In this document: piece after piece, positions 33,267-59,457 of the stretch | Layout: each line of letters opens with the position of its first letter | Position numbering within the stretch: position 1 is the first letter of the stretch | DNA from: Bugula neritina | Taxonomy: Eukaryota; Animalia; Bryozoa | Assembly: GCA_964035545.1 (NCBI GenBank) | Contig: OZ037766.1 | Span: forward strand, 11,150,722 to 11,214,721 | Direction: 5' to 3' | Length of the DNA: 64,000 nt | The notes under the pieces: generated by a model | The model's input: only the letters and a program-made list of their open reading frames with translations | Told to the model about the DNA's origin: nothing | Database searches by the model: none | Made by a program: the position numbers and the translations under genes

Positions 33267-34946
33267 GTGCTTGTTTTAATGTGGGCTTTGTAAGGGGAAG
33301 GGACAATCCAATCATTAAATAACACTCAAGGTTGTGGCCAGTGCAGTGTAGATGTTGTGTTATATTATACCTAATTTGTTACTAACATCTACTTCTGTGA
33401 TGTTTTAATAGGTACACTCATGATGCGAGAGATGAGAAGGTTGCATGTCACATCGACAGGTTCAGAAATAGCCTTAAATGAAGCTGTCAAATTTAACTAG
33501 TTTAATCTGTTTCAAATACCCTGATAGTTACTTCCTAAGTTTCTTAATCCTTTAAAAATTTATCTTAGAAAAAATTCATCATGAATGAACTTATTGTGGT
33601 TGGGGGAGTTTGCTGGTTATAGATAAGCGGTCATGGTCATGGTTCAACGTTGCAGACTTCAAATTTAAGCTAATTTTCTTTTTCATCTATGAAAGATAAA
33701 AAAGCACACTTCTAGAGTTATTAAGTGAACACTGCAAGAAAATGATGTGATGACAAAAATGGTGTTTCGGAGTTACTCTGCCCCTTATAGATGGGTAAGG
33801 TAATCTATCATCCGCTGAGTGCTGACAATATTGTGTGGGGCCAGTTATGCTGAAGTATTGACTGATGAACAAATCAAAATAACTCCCAATACTCTGCTTG
33901 AATGAGGCTCCTCTCAATTTTAAGTTTGCACAATGATATATGAATTACCATCACTTGCCTCCATTCTCCCTATTTCTAAGCAAATAACCAAAAGAGCCTT
34001 CCCCTAGTGGCCCTTATATCTTATATGGGATGGTAAGTAAAAATGTCAGCAGTAAATATTAACTATATTTTGACTGCAGTTGAAGAGCAGAGAAAATGAA
34101 GTATTTCATGATGCTAATGGATCATCCAGTGGACATTGGCATAGACGATGCATTTTGTGAACAATTTTCTGTATCTGATGCTGTAGTTCAGAATATGCAT
34201 AAATTTTTATTGTTTGTATATATTGAAATCAATAAAAATTAGTTGCAAGTCCAAGTATCTAAAGTAAATTTGCTGAAATTAAAATCATTAGAGCGCATAT
34301 CATAAAAAATAAGTTCTAAAAATCATACTTGCAACTCTTCTCCATGAAACTCGAAAGATAACTGCAGTGTGTTCTATTGAAGGGTGAACTTCATCCTATT
34401 GTAACAGTTAGTAGTCTCAATTGAACAAAGTGAAATTGGTTGTGGAACTAATCCTGCAGTGCTAAGTTTTTTTATATTCTAAGCAAATCTCACAGCTGAA
34501 AATAAAATATGGCCATTTTGCTAAAGTTGTTGATACTGCAGAATGTCAAAGATAACAAAATGCTGCTGTGCAAGTTGCAGTAACCATTCTAACTTAATGT
34601 GTTGGGCTTACAAGCTACTTATCTATGGGGCTTACTGAAAATTAAAAACTTAACACGTACCTTCTGTCGAGACCTGGAAGAAATGCAAAGCCTTTGCATA
34701 TATAACATAAAGTTTTGCAAGGGTTTTAACCCTCCAAGCGGAAATTTTCAGCATGGCTATAGAACTATATATAAAAATATATTTCATTCATGATCATCAG
34801 TAATATAAATTAGGACATGTTTATAAATAAAAAAGTATTTCTTTACATTATAAATTGAAATAATTATAGATAAACATAATTTGTTTCATATATATATAGC
34901 ATATAAACCATCTATAGAGTATTTTGAATTAAATTTTGTAAAATAT

Positions 34947-37900
34947 TTATATATAAACTTTGCTGAAATACTCAGTTACAAATTCATCAATGATTGCTTG
35001 GTCAGGAATTTTTCCGATCATACCATACATAGCTGCCACCTCTCCAGGTTTAGCTGTTTTACCCTGAAAAATAGAAGTTATAACATCAATGCTTTAAAAT
35101 TAATTTATTGCTGCTTGATATTGCCATACTAAATTTATTGAGACAATAATATTATGATAGTCAAATTTGAGAACACACATCTTTTCATGTTTAACATTAT
35201 GCAAGCATAGCTGAAATTGTTCTCAAGTACCCATCGACCAATTCTAGTGGTATCATTTTTGCCTAAAAACCTAGCTGTGAATGAAAAAAATTGATATGGC
35301 CCAGTTCAAATTTTGCATGAAGAGAAAATTAAAATTCAATGACTAAATAGGCTTTGGATATTTTTTCTCACCCAACTCTCCTTGCATGCAGCTTCTAAAT
35401 CAGAAATTAATTTGCTCTCTTGTCCTATATGTTGAGGTAAAATCGAGAAATGTAGACTGTCTGGTAGCTGCTGTCTTTCCATTCTCCATCCTTCAAGGTC
35501 ACATGTATACATATTATGCAGATACTTTTATACATCAACACCAAAATAAAAATATAAATATTTCGTAATTTGGTACTTTTGCATTATTAGAGGTTAGGAC
35601 TTTTTGTCTTTACCAAGCATAAATATATGAGCACCTCAAAATAAATTCCATTTTATACGAAAGGGCAAAATTGTTGTATGAATTTAATATGCAACATTAA
35701 ATGACATCCAATGATGTTCTTGTCTTCCCCTCCCCCATTGCATAATTTATTTCAACATTTGAGAAATAGTCTCAAATTAAAACACTACTATGCCACACTG
35801 CTTCATACACTGGTGAAAGTATACAAATAGATTGGAGTATCTTAAAGCAACCCACGCAATGGTAGTACAGCAATGCTGCATATTCAGCATTAGGTCTACT
35901 GATTTAAACCTTAACCATTTCTCTTGCAGATGTCATTAAATCATACTCGTCAACAAAATGTACAATACATTAATTTAGAAAAAAAGCCAAAAATATTCAT
36001 GTCTATTTGTACTGAGCATAATGTTGAACCATGTAAGCTAATAGGATATTCGCTTAATATCTTGTAAGTTGCAGTAGTCTCTGCAAGCTCCATACTAGAT
36101 AGCTTACGAAAATGTAAATATAAAATGACACATTAGTATAAATTAAGAAGACTTCACAATTGTGGCATTAGTAAGATATTTTAGGTAGTTAAAATTTGTG
36201 TTGAGTGTTATAAAAAATTTTTAAATCAACAAACCATGACCTTCAACTCATGTGATGATGGAATGTTCAATCCCTACTCAGGAATGTTATTTAAAAATTC
36301 AAAATGGCTTACCTTTTTTCTCCATTTCATCTGCCACCACCAGGATTTTGAGTTTGTTGGAGTTAGATTGAAGAGCAAAGCAGTTCATGATAGGCTTTCC
36401 CACAACTTCCAATCCCTAATAATAATAATTATATTAATATAATCCCAACAGCCATAAAAATGTATACTAAAAAGATATTTCTCACACTATATAACTGAGC
36501 ACATCACAGATATAACAGTGGTGCTGCAAATGAGCCGCTATAGTCTATACTAACAATACCATCATTTTACTATTTAGTTTACACATGATCAAAGCTTGTG
36601 TCTAATTCATCTTAACAAAATAAAAGGTACTAAATGGAGTGTAATGGTGTGAAAATAGAGGTCGAAAACTTCTGCACTTGTACAATCCAACAAGCAGTTG
36701 TCTGCTCATTGGTAACTATTTGTTCACATGATTAAAAGAAGTTATGTCTAAAATGATGCAAAAATTCCTGGTGGAAAGAGGCTTTATGTATACAAAAGAA
36801 AAAATCTCTCCTCTGGCAACCTGTGACCTGAGAGCTCTTCCTAACACCATCAATGACCCTGCCATTGATGGTGTCAGGGACGTGTATGCTAGGTCACTGA
36901 ACCAGTGACCTAGCATACACGTCTGATCTAACCATCACACCGCAATAACTCAAAGTTTTTAGATAAATTGAAAACTGATGTTTAATAATTGGCTCTTTAA
37001 ATTTATGTTTCTGTTTATTCATTATGATTACGTCTCTTTAATTTGTATAATTTGGTACACCAAAGAAATTTGAGGTGGAAATTACCATAATGGTTTATAA
37101 ATTTACTTTTGAAAAAACATTTGAATAAGATTTTTTGAGCAAAAGGATTATTGTTTCACATAACTATTCAAGTTTAATTTTGACTGACTACTCACACAGG
37201 CCTGCCCTACAGTACACGAATGACAGCATGCGCAGCCCTTACTTACCTGCAGACTCGATAGATACTTACTTGAATATTGGTAGCACCTTCCATCAAAAGC
37301 TGTGTAGTCTCTTGTAACTTCTTCGCCGTTTTCATATAGCCATCTTGGCCTAGATGTTTCAGGGTGACCCAAGCAGCTGCCATGGTGCTACCTACAAACC
37401 ATTAGTTCCAATTATTAGCTTCATTGATTAAAATTTGTAAGTAGAATTTACTTCATTTCTGATCAATCAAAACTTACCACTTCTAGTTCCAGCCATTGAA
37501 GTAGAACCAAAGAGTCCACCAGGCCAAGCTGTATAAGAAAACAACTGATGCTTCCTTATGTCTTCATTTTTGTATATCACAGCGCTAGCACCCTGTAAAA
37601 ACAAGTTTCAATTTATAAACTGTGGTGACAGCTTTTTGATTTAATAAAATATTTACTTCAAAATCAATGTCATTCAAGCATTGACATTAGCAGCACCAAC
37701 ACTTTAGGACAAGAAATTGACTAACTGACAGCACAACGCAAGTACCTTGGGTGTGTATCCAAACTTGTGTAAATCTGCAGATATGGATGTCACACCTTTA
37801 CACCGAAAGTCAAAGCATGGAATGTTCATACCCAGCTTTTCCAGCCTAAAAATAAAATAATACAATTCAATTCTGCCACAGCTTTCAACAGTTATATATC

Positions 37901-40851
37901 TATCGGGGTCAATGTTGTTGAAGAGATGATTAGCAAACACAGTAGAGCAATTACCATGGCAACATGAATCCTCCATAGCAAGCATCAACATGGAAGGGTA
38001 AGTTGTATTTGACTGCAAGTTCTGCTATTGATTCAATTGGATCCAGCAAACCATGAGGGTAGGAGGGTGCGGAAGCTGCTATCATTATGGTATTGCTATT
38101 TATAGCCTACAACAACATGGTTAACATCATAAAACCATTGAAAGCCAACACATTGATAAGATTCAAAGATTGCTTGATATAACATTGTTTTCATATATTG
38201 GTGCCTTATTTATAATATACCGATACCACTGAATTAGGATACACAAATCGTATTTTGGGTATGCGTTATTTTTACCTTTTCCATTTTGTCGACATCTGCC
38301 ACATATGATCCAGTCAGGTCAGTGTGAACTACTGTCAGATTGAAATAGCCTGCTGCCTTCTCAAAGGCTGGATGTATGGAGATTGGAGCTACGACCTCTG
38401 GTTTGGTAATGTGAGGTTTATATTTTCTTGCCATATCTCTAAATAGTCACAAAGACAGGTTATCAGATGAAAGCAATTTTATAGACCTTTGCTCTTTATA
38501 AAAGCTAGAGATACATGTTGACTGAAAAACAGTTGACCTTAGAATAAAGATTATAGAGTCACATGCCCAATGACCTTTGGACATCATATTTCCATATGTT
38601 CATTATCTATATATTAATAAGTATTATAAGTTCATCTCTGGCTACTGAACACTCATCTGTTTGTTTAATGTCAGAGTTTGTGAACTATGATTTGTCAGAG
38701 CAGAAAATCAAAAATAGTTAAATAAAAACAAACTCATATTGAACAATGGATACAACTAAAACCAATAACATGATTTTGTAATACTAAACAAGGTTTTCTG
38801 AGTAGCTTGTATTCTTGCACAGTTTTGGAGAGCCTAAGAGCTCACAAATTTCAAAATTCACAGTATAGCCACAACTCAGTTAAGCTTCTAGCAGAGAAAC
38901 TATATTCCAAACCTGTAAGTTTTAACAGCCATCAGCACACTCTCAGTTCCACCTGACGTCAAAGAACCGCATGCTTTGTTATCAGCATTCAGCATAGAGG
39001 CTGTCATAGACAAGCACTCTAATTCAAATTTCCTAAAAATAAAGAGAGCCGCAACTACAATTTGATAAACATATACATTTATACACGCACATATATTTAC
39101 ATACAGATATATTTATACACACATATATATTTACACAAACATATATATTTACATACACATAATATATATATACCTAAGAAAAATAACATCTTGGTCTCTG
39201 GTAACTTTAGAAATATATCTATGATATTATATTCTAATATTTCAAAGTTAAATATGTGTCGAACTTTTATCAATATTTCATGTAAATGACTCGCATTTGA
39301 GAAGAGCTAGCCCAAACACCAGTGATCATTTCAATCGAAAGCTTCACACCTTGAAAAAGTATAACAAATATTTTTTCTAGCAGTAATAAAATTTACCCTG
39401 AAACATGGAGCAGCTGTGGTCTAGGGGTTAGAATGTTGGCTTAGTAAACACGAAATCATGGGCTCGAACCCCAGCAAAGGCCATTAGTGATGTTAGGAAG
39501 AGCATCCAGTCATAATTGCTCCTGTGCCCCCATCTGAATAAGTCCTTAGCCTGATTTAACAAAAAAACCCTTTCCGTAAGAGTTTTCTCACAGAGATGGC
39601 TACTATAAACTTGAGTGAGTTTTTTATGGAGCATTAATTTTAACTAAGATGCAAATAGGGGAAAATACAATTTTCCAATAAAATCCTACCTAAGTGATGG
39701 GAAAGCAACCGGATTTAATGCATTCTCGTTCATGAACATAGACTGGGAAATTTCTACCAATTGCTGATGATTTTGCGAAATGTCATGTTGCTCTAAAAAT
39801 AGAAAAAAAACAAATGGGAATACAAATCTTACTATCAAAAACTACCAGCAAACTGCCCTAGAAGAATTAATAACATTGCAAACTGACAAAAAAAAATCAC
39901 GACTAGATATCGGTAAAATTGTAAAAACATTTAGCCTAACCTGCAAACATCATAATTGCATCTTCTTGAAGTTTCTGCATTTTTCCATCCGGGTCCAGCA
40001 TATATTTATAAGCAAATATTTTGCTGCTTACACCAGCTTCTGACTCTTTTAAATCTTTAAGCTCCTTCATCACTTCTTCATAAGGCATTCCTGAATAGAA
40101 AAATAGTACAGCATATTATGTGATAGTACAGTTTATACATAAATAAAAGTTCATTATTGAAATACAGGTAGTATTGTAATAAAGTAAAAATCAATGGTAG
40201 TGATAAGGATCCTTGGCAGTTGTATTTATACTTCTGTCTGCGTACAAATTTAAAATTTAGTATTGTAATTAAGATCAAAAATTACTCTAATGGAAATATT
40301 AGGAAGTCTGAATTTAATAGTTATTGTGAAAAGAAAACAATAAATATACAAATCTGAGTCCAGACTTCATATCAGATATAATAAGCCACCCAAGACTAAG
40401 AGTATAGAACCGTCATTGTCGAATTGATCAACTGCACAGAGAGAGGGAGAGTTGTTGTATTTAACATTGTGATTTTCATTAAAATCATTATTAATATAAC
40501 TTCACTAGTAACATTATCATTATGATAATTTTTAATTTTATTTTACTTATGTAATTATCATTTATGTTGACGTTAAATTAAAATTTCTAGAATTTTTTCT
40601 TTACCTTTTTCGGGTATACTTAGCATCACTGATCGACCAATTCCATCCTCTTTGTACAACTGTCCAACAAATCCAACAACTTCATTAGTTATGTAAGAAG
40701 AAAGTAGAACTTTCACTCCGGGCAGATTACTAAAACAGCTAGTAAGCCAAGCCGCGACAGCTTTGGTGCCGCCGTTTATCAACTCATGTATTAGTTTGTG
40801 CAAAAATATCAATAGGCCTAATGTGCCTATGAATTCCAGTACACTCAACAT
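34947..40851 (-). CDS. SGPL1: Sphingosine-1-phosphate lyase (PLP-dependent, group II decarboxylase fold), 12 exons (40851-40605, 40090-39941, 39792-39690, 39032-38913, 38438-38276, 38106-37955, 37845-37746, 37592-37478, 37391-37270, 36415-36313, 35490-35372, 35063-34947), 536 aa
   Basis: N-terminal hydrophobic anchor; ENALNPVAFPSLRKFE, TSGGTES, HPAFEKAA, SAPSYPHG, HVDACYGG, SADLHKFG (PLP Lys), WPGGLF..MAGTRS, AAMYGM. All exon phases are consistent. It could be a paralogue rather than the strict orthologue. Confidence 0.92.
36795..36951 (-). mobile_element. Rearranged tRNA-SINE copy containing two fold-back hairpins
   Basis: The - strand shares tgatggtgttaggaagagc with the SINE at 39406-39560 and has an A-box-like head (tgcggtgtgatggttaga). 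Confidence 0.55.
39070..39172. repeat. Degenerate AT/AC minisatellite (atatatttatacacac-like units)
   Basis: About 5 imperfect 16-18 bp units are visible. Confidence 0.7.
39406..39570 (+). mobile_element. tRNA-derived SINE in an SGPL1 intron
   Basis: A box TGGTCTAGGGG, B box GGCTCGAACCC, then a non-tRNA body (ggccattagtgatgttaggaagagcatccagtc) and an A-rich end. No acceptor stem forms. Confidence 0.75.
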
Positions 40852-41825
40852 AACTAAGCTGCAAAGTTGTTCGCCGGAGGATGCGTATGTCTGAATTTAC
40901 ACTATTACAAGTTAAATACTTGATATTTTAATGCAGGTTTAAGATGTGAAAGTCGAGTTGAGAAGGTCCTCAGCCGCCACCCATAGTATTACTATTAGTC
41001 ATAATGATAGTAATCTTTGTCCTATAAATAGCGAACACAAAGCACGTGACATTACCAAAATGATATTGGAATTCTATTTCCACACCAATGCACCTAACTT
41101 GAATTTCAACACAAGTTGTTCTAGAATCCTTTATTTGTAACGTATCATAAAAATTTTAATAAATATTTATAGACGATAAATGAGTAATAAAATAAATTAA
41201 TAATTATAATGCTAAATAATCTTATTTATAATCTTATTCTGGAATCGTTTCGTAGCTAAACTATGGAGTTATCTTTTCTTGAACTATACAATAATATAAC
41301 ATGATGGCGCATCAGAAAATGTTTATGTTTAGTTGCTATAGCAATAAATCTCTAGACAAACTGGCTTTATTTTGCTTTTTAAATCGAGGCGCAAAATAAA
41401 GGTTCAAAATAAAACTGAATTATAGCTCACAAAAATGATCATGCTTTTTAGCTATATAAAAAATTTCACGACATCATCAAATTCTTGCGATACCGCGTTG
41501 AGGCTACTCACTCATTGATTCAATTTTTGAGCCAATTTTTGTGATGAGGTTTGCCAAGATATAATAATAATTATATAGTTATCCGTTGCTAGATGTAGGT
41601 AGTCATGCTCATAGTATAGAAGACGGTGTTAATGTAATTGTATATGCTGGTTATGCAACTTGAGTAGGCGGGAAAATGGTGTAATTTGAAATTTAATTGA
41701 CGTTTAAGTTTAATTAAAGTCATTTACTGATTTTTCATTTAGTGATTTTCAATTGCAAAAGACAAACTGAAACTCAAAGTCCTACAAAACTTCAAATTTA
41801 ATAAACGATCGGAATCAAAACCAGA

Positions 41826-55861
<14,036 letters not shown>

Positions 55862-55963
55862 AAGATGACTCCTACACTCTTTGTCGGCAGTTCTAGAGGA
55901 GCTCCCGTGCAGTGTTGATGTCATGTGCTCCAAAGTTCTTGTAACTCAGTTCCCAGAGACTGT

Positions 55964-56021
55964 TTCTCATCACTACATGGACATGTAGTGCCTTCTCATC
56001 ACTACATGGACATGTAGTGCC
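55964..56021 (+). repeat. Perfect 29-bp tandem duplication of a hairpin-containing unit in the KIF2 3'UTR
   Basis: (TTCTCATCACTACATGGACATGTAGTGCC)x2. Confidence 0.95.
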
Positions 56022-58569
56022 TGACACTCCGTTGCTTACAGATGAAATAGTTGTGATATTCACAACTATTTCTTAAAGTCTATTGCAGATATTTCTTTTG
56101 TGTTATTGTTATATAGTTGACTGAAATATTGTATATTGTTCTTACTGATTCAACATGAATTTTTCATTATTTCTTTTTAAATGATTCTATGATAGTAAGA
56201 CGGGAAGCAACTACCTTGCTCGTGTCTTCTTCTATTATGTTCTTTAGGTTTTCTAACATTTACCTTGAGTGGTTTTGCATATTTATTTGCTGCTGGTATA
56301 ATTATGTTTTTGCTTGACACTCTTCGTATGATTTCTACTCCATTTGACTTTCTTAAAAGATTCCAGCCACTGCCAGATGCATTCTACTCAATAAAAACAA
56401 CCATTCAAAACTCTAAAGTGCATGCAAATTTATTGATCATTTTTAACAAGCTCCGCACAAGGTTGTGTACAAGTTATACATATTACACGTGAAATTATCA
56501 GCAGGGTCAGGCTTGCTTTTTCAGCAAAGTGTGCAACTGCACTGGCTCATTCTGTGTGTGTCATGAAGAAATATCCTACAGAGCGTAACTATTGCATGCT
56601 TTATAAACTTGAATTTTGCAATATAATATTTCCCCATTTGTGGTTAATAAAACACAATTTAATAAATACTCTTGAAAATTTGCAAAATATATACTATATT
56701 TGTTGTAATAACATATCACACCAGCTATTTCAGAAAAATTATATTAAATAATCTCTGGCAATTCGTTATGTCCTAATCACATAGCAATACATTATTTTCT
56801 CACACTATATATAATATGATGATGTATGTAATCTACTGCAATATATATATATACTAACAATAATTATAATCAAAATAATTTAAATAAAGCTATCAGTTAT
56901 TTTATTTACCAAAAATAGGAATATATGTTTAAATTATCATGTTGAGTACTTGGTAACTTGAAAAAAATGAGTCACTGAATTGTATAATATTTATAGAATA
57001 CATGAGTCTAACCAAGGTTAACACATGATGATGTGTGTGATAAAATAATTCCTATCATTATAAGTATATTATTCCTTCAGACTTAAGCAATATAATATCA
57101 AAATAACGTTTCCAATTCATAAAATAAGTTGCATGAGAAGCGTGGAGTCTTTCAAATTATATGGCAAGGAAGCCTTCAGTTGACTCTCACATACACATCA
57201 CAGAATGCAAGGGGTTTCCATCTGTAGAATTTAAACACACACACACAGTCAATTACAAGTAATAGCAGACATACTGCAGTGGTACCCACAATATAAATAT
57301 AGCAATTGTAAAATGATTTTATTTTTAATGGCAGATTTTAATTAAACTCACCAAAATAGTTTTGCTTGGCCAAAAATTAATATTGTGTGTATGGAAAGTT
57401 TCTGCAAACAAAACAAAAACATGTGTGCAAAATTTCAAGAATAAACAACTATAATATATAGGAGATGACATGTTTTTAGTAGAACTAAATTCATGCAGCT
57501 CCTACTTGACAATTATGGTGCAGTGTACACCCCTCTCTACTAGGTAGTGGGCTTACAGCTCATTAGACATAAAGCAAATGGCTTATACAGTCTGGTGGAT
57601 ACATTTATGTATTTCCCTCAATTTACAAGATGTGCTACACGCCTATAACTATATAGTGTTATTCGATTCAGACATTCTCAACTAATTCTATATTATTTGA
57701 GACTTTTTAGGGTTACCTAGTTTATAATTAAACAAGGATTCACTCCTCACTGCTAATTGATGGGTATAGTAAGAAGTCTACACCCACTGTTATTTTCTAG
57801 ATCAGATATTGAAGTATTCAAGTTATATGGCTAAATGTCTATAAATTCCACTAACAGGTAATTAGTAAAATAAACAATCAGTTGAACAAGATAAAAAATC
57901 AGCAAGCTTAAAAGCAGTTAATTCACAAACATAGACCCATGTTGTTCTTGGGTTATGTGTTTTGATAATTGTCTATTGTGTTATTTATTATTACATTTGG
58001 TAGTAATATCCTTTCAAGTACAAAGTCATGTGTGATTACTCAGCACAATCTAGATGAAGAATGTCTACATGTCAAGGAGTGCATACGGAGCTGTACCTGA
58101 CTTCAGTCAAGCAATAAGATATATAATCAAATGTTTAAGAACTGATTTTAGAGAGGAAAGTAAATCACCAAATATTTTTGCTCAGCAAGTAAGTTAATTG
58201 TGGTACTGCACAAAAAGTTGAGCACAGTTCTTTCTAAATTCGCAATTTTTGTCGAAATAGAGTTGAGTCATTTATTAGCAGCAATTTTTAACACAACCCT
58301 TTAAATCATAAACCACCAAACACAAATATTTTCTCCGAAAAAAATTACGTCTCCAAAAGCTGCTGTGTATGGATATTGTGTATTCACAAAACATACTATA
58401 TAAAAGCAGCTCACCATATTCCATTTAGTTTTTATGAATAAAATTGTGCCAAATTTTCACTTTTTTCACTAATTTCAAGCTTGAGCTGTTACTATACTTG
58501 ATAGGTGGATTACACACAGATCTAGAACTCTCTAGAACTCTTCACATTTCACTAGACTGATAAGGCAAC

Positions 58570-58848
58570 TCACCCGGCATTCAAGGCAGCGTAGGCTTGT
58601 AAATGGTCTGCATTGACAGCAGGGTTGATAGTATTGAAGCCGTTGTATCCCTGGAAACCAGCAGTTGGAGCTGCGAGGCCATTGCCAGGAAGTCCTAAAG
58701 CACTGAGTCCAGCCAGGCCAGGGTAAGTGCTTAACTGACTCAAAAGCTACAACATTGAAACAAACCTTGCTTTCTGTTGAATGTGAGAAGAGATCACTAG
58801 TCTGACCAACTTAGTATTTAAGTTCCTGCTATGTAGTATCATAAGCAT

Positions 58849-58922
<74 letters not shown>

Positions 58923-59366
58923 GTATACGAGAAACATTGTTATTTATTACTTTATTAGGTAAAGTAATTACACTGATATTTCGGGTACCACTGTACCCAT
59001 CTTCAGAGTAGCAATGAATGAAATTCAAAAATTATTATGTTACGTTAGACGTTATGCATGACACAAAGAATAGAGAGTGGCAGTTATTGTAAATTATTGA
59101 AACTTAAAGGAGATAATCTTATTTTATATATTACGCAGGTCAAAAATTATACTGATTTTTTTGCATAAAAAATAAATTAGAGTTGACAAAAAATAGATAT
59201 CCAAATATAACGTAACATAATAATTTTTGAATTTCATTCATTGCTACTCTGAAGATGGGTACAGTGGTACCCGAAATATCAGTGTAATTACTTTACCTAA
59301 TAAAGTAATAAATAACAATGTTTCTCGTATACCTATTTATAATCAAATTGCTAGCTCGTAAAGATA

Positions 59367-59457
<91 letters not shown>

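Noticed and set aside
33745-33826. C/D box snoRNA-like GTGATGA...CTGA downstream of TRA2
   Set aside because: No terminal stem and no identifiable rRNA/snRNA guide; such boxes arise easily by chance.
35910-36100. Exon-like stretches (DLMTSAREMVK; WSLQRLL) in SGPL1 intron 10
   Set aside because: The exon at 35490-35372 (GWRMERQQLPDSLH) joins both neighbours in phase, so these stretches are not needed.
39406-39480. Possible tRNA gene
   Set aside because: A and B boxes are present but there is no cloverleaf or acceptor stem, and it continues into a SINE body.
58747-59028. 93-aa ORF with (IY)n
   Set aside because: It is a translation of the (TA)n microsatellite.
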